Positions 1 through 13,944 of a stretch of DNA of 64,000 nt are shown piece by piece. How positions within the stretch are numbered: the first letter of the stretch is position 1; every line of letters begins with the position of its first letter. The stretch comes from Octopus vulgaris (Eukaryota): the NCBI GenBank assembly GCA_951406725.2, contig OX597824.1, forward strand, positions 88,536,001 to 88,600,000, written 5' to 3'. The translations under genes and the position numbers were made by a program. The notes below the pieces were generated by a model. It ran no database searches. It saw only the letters and a program-made list of their open reading frames with translations, and had not been told where the DNA came from.

Positions 1-393
1 CAACTTTTCTTTCAAAAATAGGTTTATGCAGTAATAGAAACTTTTGTATTGTAATCGAATTCTTTATTCTTGGGTAAAAAGATAAGCGATCCTCAACCTT
101 TGTTTATTTTTGCTTATAAAAACATTCAGCATCTAAAGAATTCTGAACTTGGATCATTAACCACATCTTTTCTGTAGAATATATCCCTTTATTATTTAGA
201 AATGCTTGAAACAGAATGCAGTTATCTTGATAAATTGCATTCTGTTGCCAACAAATTTTGACTTTGCTTATTCTGATCTACATATCCCGAGACAGTTTTA
301 TTTTAATTAGGCACAAAGGCTCGTTATTTTAGTAGATCTAGAAACAAGATCATGTGACATCCATGCTTTTCTAATAGTATTAAACAGTGAAGT

Positions 394-803
394 GATATTT
401 TACTATATGGCTCAGAAACCTGGACGTTATCAAAGAAGCTTGAGAGGCAGTTGGATGGAACTCATACTCGCCTCCTTATGAGAACTCAAAATCTCTCGTG
501 GAAGCGTCATCCAACCAAAGTACAAATATATGGGAAATTACCACCTCTATCATCTCTTGTGAAAGGTAGAAGAGTCCAGTTTGCTGGACGTTGTAGAGCT
601 GAAAACGAGGTAATTTCTACTCTTCTCCTCTGGAAGCTATCTGCTCGCGATACCAGAGGGCGCACACGCTCCTACTCTGATGTAATCTCCAGGGATACAG
701 GCATCCAGCAACAGGACCTCTGTAATGCTATGATGGACCGTGAAGTCTGGCGTAACATAGTAAATTCCATTGTCTCGACCACGGCCGAACAATGATGATG
801 ATG
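394..803 (+). mobile_element. RTE-clade LINE 3' fragment
   Basis: Translates ILLYGSETWTLSKKLERQLDG...AMMDREVWR; ends in a (TGA)n tail. Confidence 0.8.
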
Positions 804-1997
804 TAGTATTTTTCTTGAGCTCTTTTTCTTTATTAGTTTTATAGAATAGTGCTATGGATACAAATTGTGACTGCATATATTATAAACTCTAACTACTTTT
901 CTATACCAGACTGAAATCTATAATCATTTGATTAGATGCTTCAACGAAACAATGGTAAAAGCCATGAAAATTACTAAGTTTTAGTTGAAAACTGGTTGGC
1001 AGTATCATGTTGATTGACTGAATTATTACTTGATTGATTGTTTGGTTAAAAAGTGAACCAATTGACAAATAAGATAGAAGTAAAATAGAACCAGTGTGTG
1101 TGTGTTTCGTATTGGCATAATGACCCTCCAAAGCTACAACAAAATATAGTGGTTCAAATAAAACTTATTTTTTTATTCTACAGATGTATACTGTCTAGTT
1201 TTGAGGCACTGGTCTATATATTTTTAATTACACTTTATTCTGTGTTATTGGAGAAGGAAAATTAGAATGGAACAGAAGAAATTTTAAATCAATGAAAACA
1301 ATAAAAATTTGAAAATATTTTCAATGTTAGCTTGAAAAATAAACTATTTTTAACATTTCTTCCTTCAGTTTTGAGTCTTAAAGTAAAGTGTTTTCTAATA
1401 AAATACTGAAATATGTAAGAAGCAAAATAAAATGATGCATTGATTAAGCAGTCTTCTGCCAAACAGGGATTTTTTTCATGGCTGGCTGAAGGAATTTCCA
1501 TTAAAAGATAAATTATATAGTCACAAAAATAAGTGATGGTCAGTATATTATTTACTAGTCTCAGTTAATCTGAAGCAATAATTAATTGAAACAAGAGTTT
1601 TTTTTAATTTTGAAGGTATAAATAGCAGTGTCAATTAGAGAGGGGGGGTAAGTCTGAAATTGGAGAAAACTCTGTGCTTTTTAAATCGTTAAATAAACAT
1701 TCATGCAATGTCACACTGTATGGTCTGACTGTTCATTTAATTTATCAGAACAGCCTTAATCTTGGCTCTATTTGTCTTCAAGAAAGATAGTATTTTTAAG
1801 GCCAACCATAAGAGTTAGATAGCAAGATCAAACTAAAAATAAAACAGTTACAGTCAAAGTAGGTACTTTTTAGTTCAGTAATCCAATCAGATATGTCCCC
1901 ATAATAGTTGACATTGTGCTTTAAGTAGTTAAATTTTTTTTTTAATATTTTAATGGCTTAGTCAGGGGAAGAAGAGCAGTGTTCATGACATTTTTTT

Positions 1998-2345
1998 TAT
2001 AATAATAATAATAATAATAATAATAATTGTGTACAGTGCTCAGGTGCACTACAACTCATCTAAAGTGTATATATAATCAGGTGTAGTTTCGGCGGATTTC
2101 GGAAAGCATGAGGGCCTTAAAGGATGCAGTGTCATGGCAGTCAACAACTGACGCAGGCAGTTTATTCCATGCTTCAGCAACTCTGAGCGTGAAAAAATGT
2201 TTCCGAAAGTCATGGGAGCTGTGTTGTTTTCTGACTTAGTAGGCATGTCCACGTGTGTTAAACACATGGAGATCAAAAAGGTGTTCAGTGTTGTTGTTGG
2301 TGAGGTGGTTGATAACTTTGTGGGTGTTTACCAAGTGTTAGATCA
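1998..2345 (-). mobile_element. CR1-like LINE 3' fragment with (ATT)n tail
   Basis: Minus strand reads FFTLRVAEAWNKLPASVVDC..SFK, the CR1 ORF2 C-terminal motif. Related piece at about 53115-53205 (+). Confidence 0.7.
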
Positions 2346-2530
2346 CTGAGACTTGTTGGAAGAAACCATGAATTGTAGATTATCCTTACTTAGGAAACCT
2401 GGTCTCAAAGAATGCAACAGGGTCAAATCTGCTTAGGTTAAGTCTACCTCCCCAAAACAGGTACAGTACAGTCAATGTGCTTCTACATAATTTCTGAATA
2501 CCCAGTTTAATTCATAAGGGTTGAATTGAC

Positions 2531-2760
2531 TTAACCCTTTAGTGTTCAGATTACTCTGTTAAATGTAATGCTTTTTTATTTAAATTGTTTTGAATTAATC
2601 ATGCATTACCTTATAGCTTTGAGGTTTCAATGATGTGATTGTTTATTTTTAGAATGTCAATGTAGGTTAGGTGTGAGAGGCTAGATATGGCCAGTTTGAA
2701 TATAAAATATGTAGAATAATATTGGGCTGGATTTGGCCAGTTTAAACACTAAAGAGTTAA
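2531..2760. mobile_element. piggyBac-type MITE, family 1
   Basis: TTAA|CCCTTTAGTGTT ... AACACTAAAGAG|TTAA. Confidence 0.75.
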
Positions 2761-3068
2761 AATAACTGTCACAGTGATTTAATAATTCTACAAAGGAAGA
2801 TGAGATAAGACTGATTGATCAATGAGTTCATTTAATCTGTAATTCTAGATTGATTGCAAAGGACATTGATGGTGTTGGAATGTTGCATCTCCTGGACTTA
2901 CACAAATTTTAAGGTCCAGAAATATTCATAGTTTGGTAGATTTTACTTGAAGAATATATGTGTAATATATATTAGGTAGGTGGGTGGGTATAGGCAAGTT
3001 TTTCAGCCTCGGAACTAGGAACTGATTAAAAGACGATAGGGTCATTATAGAAATCAGAAACTGAGTAT

Positions 3069-3460
3069 CTGCTCTTTTACTTGTTTCAGTCATGTGACTG
3101 TGGCCATGATGGAGCACCACCTTTAGTCGATCAAATCGACCCCAGGACTTATTCTTTGTAAGCCTAGTACTTATTTTATCGTCTCTATTTTGCCGAACCA
3201 CTAAGTTACGGGGACGTAAACACACCAGCATCGGTTGTCAAGCAATGTTGGGGGGGACAAATACAGACAAACACGCACACACACATATATATATATATAC
3301 AACGGGCTTCTTTTAGTTTCCGTCTACCAAATCCACACACAAGGCTTTGGACGGCCCAAGGCTATAGTAGAAGACACTTGCCCAAGGTGTCACGCAGTGG
3401 GACTGAACCCAGAACCATGTGGTTGGTAAGCAAGCTACTTATCACACAGCCACTCCTACG
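3069..3460 (-). mobile_element. tRNA-derived SINE family A
   Basis: Pol III A/B boxes (TGGCTGTGTGGT / GGTTCAGTCCC), CCTTGGGCAAG core, internal (TA)n(TG)n, GTAAAAGA tail; about 16 copies in the window. Confidence 0.85.
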
Positions 3461-3477
3461 TCATTAATTATAACATC

Positions 3478-3770
3478 TACGATGCCAGCACCGCCTCGAC
3501 TGGCTTCCGTGCCGGTGGCACATAAAATACACCAATCTGACCGTGGCCGTTGCCAGCCCCGCCTGGCACCTGTGCAGGTGGCACGTAAAAAGCACCCACT
3601 ACACTCACGGAGTGGTTGGCGTTAGGAAGGGCATCCAGCTGTAGAAACATTGCCAAATTAGACTGGAGCCTGGTGCAGCCTTCTGGCTTCCCAGAACCCC
3701 GGTCGAACCGTCCAACCCATGCTAGCATGGAGAACGGACGTTAAACGACGATGATGATGATGATGATGAT
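3478..3770 (+). mobile_element. Non-LTR family C (hairpin-unit array, conserved tail, (GAT)n)
   Basis: GTGCCGGTGGCACGTAAAAAGCACC units, then GGAGTGGTTGGCGTTAGGAAGGGCATCCAGCTGTAG...GGACGTTAAACGATGATG. Also at 4848-5150(-), 19870-20235(-), 28665-28935(+), 55202-55580(-). Confidence 0.75.
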
Positions 3771-3832
3771 CTCAATGGTAAGGGGAGGATGCTATGAGGA
3801 CTGAAAAAAAAGTGGTTAGTAAATTGCCATGT

Positions 3833-4060
3833 TTAACCCTTTAGTGTTTAAATTGACCATATCCAGCCGAAGCTTTCTACCTATTTTATGTTTAAACTGA
3901 CCAGATCAGGCCTCTCACACCTAACCTACATTGACATTCTAAAAATAAACAATCACATCATTGAAACCTCAAAACTATAAGATAATGCATGATTAATTAA
4001 AAACAATTTGAGTGAAAAAGTATTACATTTAACAGAGTAATCTGAACACTAAAGGGTTAA
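3833..4060. mobile_element. piggyBac-type MITE, family 1 (inverted relative to 2531-2760)
   Basis: Perfect TIR CCCTTTAGTGTT / AACACTAAAGGG flanked by TTAA. Confidence 0.8.
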
Positions 4061-4475
4061 TAAAAATTGAGGCATTTAAACTTATTAAACTTGTCCAACG
4101 TATGGCAAAGAATAAAAAGTATTGATGCAAACTCTGTTTTCTCTTTTCTTTAATAAAGAGGAGGGTGGAGTAGGAATATTTCGCTAATATGAGAGGTGGG
4201 GCTGATATGTGTCAGTTTGAAAACTGCTGACCGAGTTTAAGCTTCAGATAAACCACTGCAAGGACTGTTAATATGTTTGTTACTTCAGAAATGTTGTCTT
4301 GTCAAACTATCTGAAATACCACTTCTTTCTTTCTTTCTTTTCATTAATTGTATTGTCTGAAGATTATTGAGTTACATTCTATACATTTCTGACATTTTAA
4401 GCAAGCTCTCTTACTATCATCATCAAGTTCTCACAAGGCCCTAACTGTTTGTTGAATAACTATTATGATTTAAAC

Positions 4476-4675
4476 AAGGCGGAGAGCTGGCAGAAACGTT
4501 AGCGCGCCGGTCGAAATGCTTAGCGGTATTTCATCTGTCGTTACGTTCTGAGTTCAAATTCCGCCGAGGTCGACTTTGCCTTTCATCCTCGCGGGGTCGA
4601 TAAATCGGCTTAATCCCTTTGTCTGTCCTTGTTTGTTCCCTCTCTGTTTAGCCCCTTGTGGGTAGTAAAGAAATA
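4476..4675 (+). mobile_element. tRNA-derived SINE family B
   Basis: GGCGGxGAGCTGGCAGAA head, GAGTTCAAATTC B box, GCCTTTCATCC..GGGGTCGATAAA central domain. Other copies at 7186-7415, 17865-18075, 30787-31020. Confidence 0.82.
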
Positions 4676-6785
4676 ATTATGATTTAAACATGTACTGTTA
4701 TTTTTTTAAAACTCAGGTCTCTTCTTTCAAATACAGTTTAGTATTGACTTTTTTTTTAGCCCAAAAATCTCAATAAACCAACCTAACCAAAGGCACTTCC
4801 ATTTAAGCACTTTTGTGAGACAGTGAACTTCGGACTTCATTATTCAATCATCATCATCATCATCGTTTAACGTCCACTTTCCATGCTAGCATGGGTTGGA
4901 CGGTTCAACCGGGATCTGGGAAGCCAGGAGGCTGGACCAGGCTCCAGTCTGATCTGGCAGTGTTTCTACAGCTGGATGCTCTTCCTAACGTCAACCACTC
5001 CATGAGTGTAGTGGGTGCTTTTTATGTGCCATGGGAGGCTGGAAACGGCCACGATCGGTTGGTACTTTTTATGTGCCACCAGCACAGAAGTCAGTCAAGG
5101 CGGTGATGGCATCAGCCATGTATGGATGGTGCTTTTTACGTGCCACCAGCATTGAATGTGTCTTTTAATTTTTAAAATGGTTGGTGTGATTTGGAGGAGA
5201 TTGGGCTGTTATTTCTAACAGGTTGAGCAACCATGTTGAAGCTCCCTCACTGGTTTGTTATTCTTTTATTCTTCAGATAATGTCATATCAACAATATTTT
5301 TGTTATTCATTTACAGCAAAACATATGTTGCTGTTATTTGTATTCCTTGAATATTTTAGCATCAGATGAACAAGAATTCTTCTATACATTTTATATTTAG
5401 ATAAGAAAAAAAAACAAACAAAAAGGAAAAAAAAACATATCTGGTAATAAGTTTTGGAAGATTTCAGTATTTTCAAGTATCATCATCGAAAGCCTATCTG
5501 TTTACAAAGCAAAGATATGACATGTGTATGGTGTAAATATGATGTATATTTACTATGCCTACACAAACATGGATAACACTGGATCATATCCAAGAAGCCA
5601 TTCACTTGATAAACAAAACTTCACTCCCTGCCCAACACACTTGAGTCACCAACCATCATGCTCTGTTGTTCATTTGCTTTTCCTGCTCTATAGTTTAACT
5701 TTATACCATCCCAAGTTGAAGCTATTCGATATATCTACTTATTACCCATGCTGTCTCACTAATCCCTAGATACTGTGGAACTCCTCTCCTGCTCAGATTT
5801 TTCCTCCACTGACTAAACACTAACAGTTTTGCATTTATTACTACTAATTATCCTTAATGTCCCATGAGGTTTTTTTTTTTTTTTAAAGTTTAAAGAAGCT
5901 CCTCCCCTACGCCTACCATTTTCGACTGGCAAACTGAAAGAAGCTATTCAAATGTAACTAACACTTTTGGAAAGGAAAGAACTAAATACAGTAAAGCATT
6001 TTCGTCTACTGTGTTACTATTTCTGCCAATTTTTGATATTGAAATCAAGGTGTATAGGCAAGCTATTAACTATAATACCAGGTAGCTCTCAGTTACACAT
6101 TAGACACTAAAAGTACCTACTTGTAACAGAAAATAGCAGCAAGCAGCCGACTGTTGTGACACAAACCAGGTTTCTAATCTAGCACATGTTGGGTTACTTG
6201 TAACATCTTCTCAAAATAGGTACTATAAAGTGTTTTTGTTATCTTACCATCATAAAATAATGTCAGATATTTAGCGCTTAGATTACAAGGACAAGCATTC
6301 TACTAATTAATGTCCAACATAAGGAGAGGTCCCGGATCTAATTCAAAGTTTGGAATGATAGTTATTAAAATTGAACCCCGTCATAGAAGCATGTTGCTCT
6401 TATTTTTTTAATTTCTACAAATTGTCACCTATAATATTTTAATATCACTTACTTCAAAAATTTTAGCTGTTCATTAAATTCTTAATGCTTGGCTTGTTTG
6501 AACAATACTTTATAACTGGTCTCAGGATATTTTGTGTCTTTACTTTAAAATTGATGCAAAACAAATTTGAAACTGAGAAGCTTTTGCATATATTTTTATT
6601 GTTTCTGCAGCCTTGTTTCTGGTGCTCTATTCCGAGTTGATATTTAAAAAAAAAAATTACCATCAATGAATTAGTGATTTACAGTTCTACATTTGTAATC
6701 ATAGTGGAATTTCTTCATTGAAAACTACTTAAAACATTTATTTAATTTCATTAATTAGTACCTACTGTTTTCCTTTTAGTTTTCT

Positions 6786-6817
<32 letters not shown>

Positions 6818-8869
6818 CATACTATGTGTGTATATAACCTGTGGCTGTTCCAGAATATCAATCTAATTGAAGGAGCTACCATATGGGCACTCAGCATGTT
6901 AGAAATAGCTGCTAAATTCTAAACAAAATATACTTTACCATATTAAAAATCAGAGGACACATAATACAATCTTGGATATATTATGTAAAAAAAAAGAAAA
7001 AAATGGGACAGCCATGGTTAGAATCTTTTGATCATGACTACCTGATCAGAGCTGGTTTGGAGTTAAACAACTAATACTATCAATCCTACCATTGCAGCCC
7101 TTGTTTGTACTTCATAGTTTGTGAATGATGAAATTTGATGCCTGTACCCCCATCTATATATCCTGCTATAATATTATTTCATCCAGGCGGTGAGCTGGCA
7201 GAACCGTTAGCACGCCGGGCGAAATGCGTAGCCGTATTTCGTCTGCCATTACATTCTGAGTTCGAATTCCACCGAGGTTGACTTTGCCTTTCATCCTTTC
7301 GGGGTCGACAAATTAAGTACCAGTTACGCACTGGGGTCGATGTAATCGACTTAATCCCTTTGTCTGTCCTTGTTTGTCCCCTCTGTGTTTAGCCCCTTGT
7401 AGGTAATAAAGAAACATATAATATTATTTTATCCAGGTTCTTGTGAAGTTTGAATGTGTTAACATCTACTTCATATCGTTGAAATTTATAGAAAAACAAA
7501 AGATAAAGACAGGTGTGTGAATAATAAATAAGCAAGTGTATTAGTTTGACACTCGGGAAGGTGAGATAGTCTTTTACATTTTGAGCCTATGCTCTTCAGC
7601 AGAAAGGAATAAGAGGAATTAAACAGAGAGAGAATTTTCAGGAGTGGATATGGGGGTGGGTTGGGTGGAAACTGAGGTTATTTAGCTGAATGCAATACTT
7701 AGTTGGAAACTGGGTTGGAGAGGATTGGTATTTTTGACTCAATGCAATGGTGCCTATTTTGGGTATTTGCACATCTTCCAGTATTGAAATTTGAAGCCAG
7801 CTTTCCAAGGTTTTCTACATGTAAATTATTCTGAGGAATTGTCTTACAGCTTTGTCTCTCCCATAAGTATTAGCCAATACATAGAAGCATTCACATTGTG
7901 TAGTCATTAAAATGCTTTCAATTCTATATGAGCCTGATATTGTGTGTGCGTTTGCATGTATATTATTCTAGTTATGAGAGAGTGAAAGGGTTCATGATTG
8001 AAGTCCTCCCAGCTGATGTTAAGCTTGGACTTCTAGAGTTGTGGTAAAAATATTAACAGAAGGTCAATTCCAGAGAACTGCAGTTGTAAGTAAGAAGGAT
8101 TGAACAAAAATTTTTGTGAGATCTCAAGGTAGGCTTGGACAGTTGGGGTGATACACCTGTGTCTTAGAATGCAGCAAGTAGACCAAACCTGGACAGGGTG
8201 CAGTACATGGCTGGCCACCAATAACAACACAAAGCACAAAAAAAAAAGAAAACAAGATACCAAACAGAAAATATGGCAATGTACTCTCAGAGAAACAGAA
8301 CACCCATTCAACTAGATACTTAAGGAAATGAGTCGTTTAAACAAGACCACCCTCAGTTTGATTCCTCCGACCCATCACTTTCACAAGAGCAACCGACCAA
8401 TGGCATCCTAAGTGCAATAGTCCAGGAATTTCAAATCAGGAGAGCTAGGAGGTCACATGATGTTGGGAGTCACTTGTTTATATGAGACTTACCAGATAGA
8501 AACTTACCTTTCCTCTTGTAAGACTTAAACCGAACATCTGGTTGTAGACTCTATTACCTTGAGCTACTCTGTAATGACCCTTATTGGTCTCACTGGAGGT
8601 TGTTGATGACATCTTGGTCCCACTGGAAAGGATGAAAGGTGGAATTTGAACTTGGAGTGTAAAGTGCTGGTTAAAATATTGCAAGGCATTTTCCCTGGCA
8701 TCCTAATGATTCTACCATTCTATCACCTTTGTCTAACATAGGCATAAGGTTTGAAATTTTGATTGAGGGTTATATAGCTGATTAAATCAACCCCAGTACG
8801 TAACAGGTACTTCGTTGTACCAACCCCAAAGGGATGAAAGTAAAGTTGGCCTCTAAGGAATTTGAACTT

Positions 8870-9066
8870 ACATCATCATCATCATTGTTCGACCGTGGTC
8901 GAGACAATGGAATTTACCATGCTACGCCAGACTTCACGGTCCATCATAGCATTACGGAGGTCCTGTTGCTGGATGCCTGTATCCCTGGAGATTACATCAG
9001 GGTAGGAGAGTGTGTGCCCTCTGGTATTGCGAGCAGATGGCTTCCAGAGGAGAAGAGTAGAAATGT
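8870..9066 (-). mobile_element. RTE-clade LINE 3' fragment (same family as 394-803)
   Basis: Near-identical peptide STLLLWKPSARNTRG...STTVEQ* and (TGA)n tail. A further small piece lies at about 62297-62345. Confidence 0.8.
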
Positions 9067-9796
9067 AAACACCGGGAACAAATATCACAAAGCAATTTTT
9101 CCAACACGCAAATGATTCTGCGAACCCACTACCATAATAATAACTATAATAATAATGGTAATAATGATACATCCAAATTTGCTATCCTACAGCTGATAAA
9201 AATGTAATTCTTACAAATATATATTTGTTGTTTTGGCACAGCAATAAACATATTTGATTAAATTACAAAGTAGGTATTTATAGACATCTATTTTGATATA
9301 AAAGTCATCATCTACTTGGAAATTATCTGCGTATTAACGTCTACAAGTGGCTGTGTTTTTGTTGTTTTGTTTTGTTTTTGTGATAAAATGTTTTCTTTTT
9401 GCAGATGCATTACCTACATAACCTGGCACCATAACATTATTTGGTACCTTTCTCCTCAGAGGAAGTATCTAAATACTGTCTAGTTTATAAACAAATACAC
9501 ATGTTTGTATGTTTGTAGGTTAGGCTTTTTATCTTGCAGTAATCAGTATTTTCATTATATGGAATAACAGTAATTTCATAATTGCAAAGATTAATTAAAA
9601 CAATTTTTTTCAATTTTTTCATCTCCTGCTTTATATAAATTGTTTCTTCAGTAAACAAGGTGTACATGTTCAGATCAGGTTTATAATGGGGAAATGTCAT
9701 TTTGATCATTCACTCAATGCTGAAATTAAGATGTTATCTAATTTCAATTTCATTGGAGCAAATATAATTCCACTTGTAAATATTCCGCTAAGAAAC

Positions 9797-10522
9797 ACAG
9801 GTGTAGCTGTATGGTAAGAAGGGCAGTTAGCTGGTAGAAGCGTTAGCATGCTGGGCGAAATGCTTAGCGGTACTTCGTCTGCCATTACGTTCTGAGTTCA
9901 AATTCCGCCTAGGTTGACTTTGCCTTTTATCTTTTCGGGGTTGGTAAATTAAGTACCAGTTATGCACTGGGGTCTATGTAATTGACTTAATCCATTTGTC
10001 TGTCCTTGTTTGTCCTCTCAGTGTTTAGCCCCTTGTGGGTAGTAAAGTAATAGGTATTTCATCTGTCTTTACGTTCTGAGTTCAAATTCCGCCGAGGTTG
10101 ACTTTACCTTTCATCTTTTCAGGATCGATAAATTAAGTACCAGTTACACACTGGGGTCGATGTAATCGACTTAATCCCTTTGTCTATTCTTGTTTAGCCC
10201 CTTATGGACAATAAAGAAATACGCTTGCTTCCCATCCACATGGTTCTGGTTTTAGTCCCACTGCATGGCACTTCAGGGAAAGTGCCTTCTACTATAGCTT
10301 AGGGCTGACTAAAGTCTTGTGAGTGGATTTGGTAGGCAGAAACTGAGAGAAACCCTTCATGTGTGTGCTTGACAACTGGTATTGGTGTGTTTATTTCTGC
10401 CATAACTTAGTTCAACAAAACAGACTGATAGAAAAATACTGTGGTCAATTGGCTTGATTAGTATTCTTCAAGGTGGTACCCCAGCATGGCCACCGTCTAA
10501 TGACTGAAACAAGTAAAAGATA
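9797..10522 (+). mobile_element. SINE-A interrupted by tandem SINE-B (about 9820-10220)
   Basis: A head, then two B units, then the A body resumes at about 10222. Confidence 0.75.
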
Positions 10523-10866
10523 AGATCTTTCCACAAATACTCTGATGCAGATGAAGCCATTTTACAGTCTTCCCACATTTCTTCACATAAAATTTTCCCA
10601 GCAGACAACCTCCAACATATCTTCCATAAACATAGATTTACATGGAGCTGTTTGAAGTATGTTCGGTGGGGCTGATCAGTAATAATAACCTTTACAAACC
10701 TACTTGATGCATCCCACCTCTTCCCTTACGCCTGTCGGTGTTACTTTGGTGTGCGATCTACGTAGCTAATCAGATCTACAAGAGTCAAATTCTACTTCAG
10801 TATGTGGTCTTCATGTTTCATTTATTTATTTATGGCTTAAATGAAACATCCTTACTTTATACATTT

Positions 10867-11266
10867 ACTAGCAGTATCGCCCGGCGTTGCTCGAGTTTGT
10901 TTCGACCCTTTAGAATTGGAATTTTTGTAAAAATTAAAAAATAAAAATTATGTATTATGTTGCTTGTTATTCTCTTTAAGTGAACATTTTTCTGGTTGAA
11001 ATACACTGAAAAATGGTGATACAGCAGTCAAAAAATCGTAAAAAATAGGGATTTTCATAGAAAAAAAGCACCTTTTTTATGTAAATAATTTTTGGTGTTA
11101 ACATGGTCCGATTTGAATTTTTTCTTCTACGGAATGAAGAGCAAGCCTTCTTGTATCATATTCTCAATTTTGGTCAACTTGTGCCACAGGGTCTCAGAGG
11201 AGATAGTGTTAGTTGAAGGCTACAAAACCTGCCACACACAGAAAACTTCAGCTTTATATATAGAGA
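10867..11266 (-). mobile_element. Non-autonomous Helitron, family H1
   Basis: Minus strand: 5' TCTCTATATATAAA..., 3' GC hairpin (C.CGAGCAACGCCGGG) then CTAG|T, the canonical Helitron ends. Confidence 0.72.
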
Positions 11267-13682
11267 AATTTCGAAAAATTAAAATGAAGCAGATTTGAAA
11301 CGAGTTTACTAATTTTATGGGTGAATCAAACGAATAGCAGCTAGAAAAGTAAACTATAGACAATTAAAATGTTTATACATTTTATACATTTATTATTAAA
11401 AAGAAATTAAATGAAGCAATTTCGAAACAAGTTCACTAATTTTATTGGTGTTTTCCTTGTTCTTATTATGTATAACTTTCTTTGTTGTAGATCACAATAT
11501 AGTGTAGATTGCATACCAAACTAGCACCCAACTGTCTCCCCTGCTCCCCCTCTAAGACACCTGCTCCTGTCCCTCTCTCATTCTTTCATGTCCCTCAATA
11601 TTGTACCTCATTCAGTTAAGGGGTTTTATCTTGCGAGTAATCGGTGACTTCACCAGTGCTGGCATCACCAAAAGAAAAGAAAGAAAGCAAGAAAACATCT
11701 TGTAGACTCTCTGAAATGGTTGGTTTTAGGAAGGGTCACCAGCTGTAGAGATCATGCCAAGCAGACATAGTCGGTTTATGCTGAATCACACAACCCATGC
11801 CAGCATGGTAAAGGACATTCTGGTGATGTTCCTAAAACTTTTAATTGCCACTCCATTTTCCTTTCAACTCCAAATTCGTAACTGTGTAAGACAAATGTTC
11901 ACTGCATTGACCTTATTCACCTTTCTTATATTACTTTCCATTGTAGTTGAGTCTAAGAAAACTCTGATCCCTGAACAAACAAAAGAATGATACATTTGAT
12001 CAAGATATACTCTACAGTTACATAATCAATGACAATTTATTTGTCTAAAGAGTGGTTCAATCCATATAAAATATAATATTGTGCAGTGTATTTACTTTAC
12101 TAATGTAGTTTCAGTATAAATCCTTAGGTTTAGTCATTGGAATATCCGTGTGAAGTTGTTGCATTTATACCTTTCCTCTTGGTATTAGTATTGTGAGATA
12201 TTAAATACTTATGATCATTCAGGTGTTTTATATAACAATATAGAAAAATATTTACATCCTTTTCCAGTTATGTAATGATTTATATAGAAAAATATGTAGT
12301 TATTAAGGTGGTGCTCCAGCATGGCCACAGTCAGATAACTGAAACAAGTAAAAGAGTAAAAAAAATAATAAAGCTTTTTTTTTCATTATTATATTGCAGA
12401 TTTATTTTAGTAATATAATCAGACATTACAATACAGCTTTTGTTTTCTACCTTAGTATAAGTAAACATATACAATTATTTTACAGAATGCATTCTAAAGT
12501 AATTATTGTATCGAAATAGAATTTTCTATTTTTAATTTTTATCTTGAGATATTTATATTGACTGCTTTAAATGAAGAAAGATTTATCTAACTTAAGATAT
12601 TATTTGTGGAGGAACAATTTGTAAGCTGTTGCAACAGATACTGCAAGAGTGCCTGGCAACAAATTTGGTTTGGTGACTCAAACTTTTTAGACAGAAAATA
12701 ATTTGAAAGATCTCCAAGATTCTTAACTTTATGAATATCTCTTGTGTAGTTATTAAACTCGGTTGTAAGAGCATCAGATTGTTTTGTGGTAATCATTCTG
12801 GCTTTCTGTTCCCTGAGTTCAAATCCTGAGAGAGGGTATGTCATTGATGAGGTTGCAAACGACAAAAAATGGAATTAGAAAAGCCTGATCGTGTAATTGA
12901 CTGAATGATTAATCAAACAATTAGTTAATTGGTTAAATAGTTAATCAATTAACAAATAAATAATAAAGAAGTGAAATATAACTCTACTCTTGGTGGCTTC
13001 TATCTTTATTTGTTTTCGTGGACTTTAGCCAAGCTGGGGCACCACATGGAAGGGTTTGTTATATGAATCAACCCAGCACTCTTTCTTTTATAAAGTCTAC
13101 TTCTTATTCTATCCAAGTCTTTTGCTGAACTGCTAAGTTAGGGAGAGATAAACAAACCAACACTAGTTGTCAGGCAGTGGAGGGTGCCAAACACAAGCAC
13201 TCACACACATTAGGTTTTTTTCACACTTTCCATCTCCCAAATCCACTCATAGGGTTATAGAAGACATTTGCCCAAGGTGCCATACAGTGGGACTGAACCT
13301 GGATGCAACCTTCTTAACAACTCATCCACACTTGTCTTAATTATTTTGGGATATTAATTCAATGTCTGTGTGACAAATTTGAAATTTGGACAAATCTGAA
13401 TTGGTCTTAAGAAATCAGATTAGAAATTCTTTTGGTTTGACTTTATATCCGCTTGCAGTGTAACATTACTTTGACAATACAGAGGGTTTTCACATAGTTT
13501 CTATCTCTTGACCCAAGGGACCATAGTGGGAGTCACTTACTCAAAGTGCTGTGAGGTGAGATCAGACCAAGAACCATGTTGCAAAGCAAACTTCTTAACA
13601 ATACAAACATACCAATTAATAATTCTTTCTACTCACAAGGCTTAAAAATATGAAGGGAGGGAGCAATCGATTGCATTAGCTG

Positions 13683-13944
13683 TAGGGCTGTGGACTCGGG
13701 GTCGGAGTTATGGGGTCAGTCGAAAACCATTAAGGGGTAACTGGAGTCAAGAGTTGCTAAAACTATCTCAACTCTGACTCCAACTCACAATATCATTATT
13801 CTTTGATGTAAACCAGTTATAACATTTAGGCCTAGTCAAAGTACAAGCGTATGCATATGCTTTATGAGATATGTAGACCACAATCACTTAATTACATAAG
13901 GAGGAGTCGGAGTTGAAGTTTTTGGTTTCGACTCCACTGCCCTG
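13683..13944. mobile_element. hAT-like MITE inserted into a degenerate SINE-B(-)
   Basis: TAGGGCTGTGGACTCG ... CGACTCCACTGCCCTG with internal GGAGTC repeats. Confidence 0.6.
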
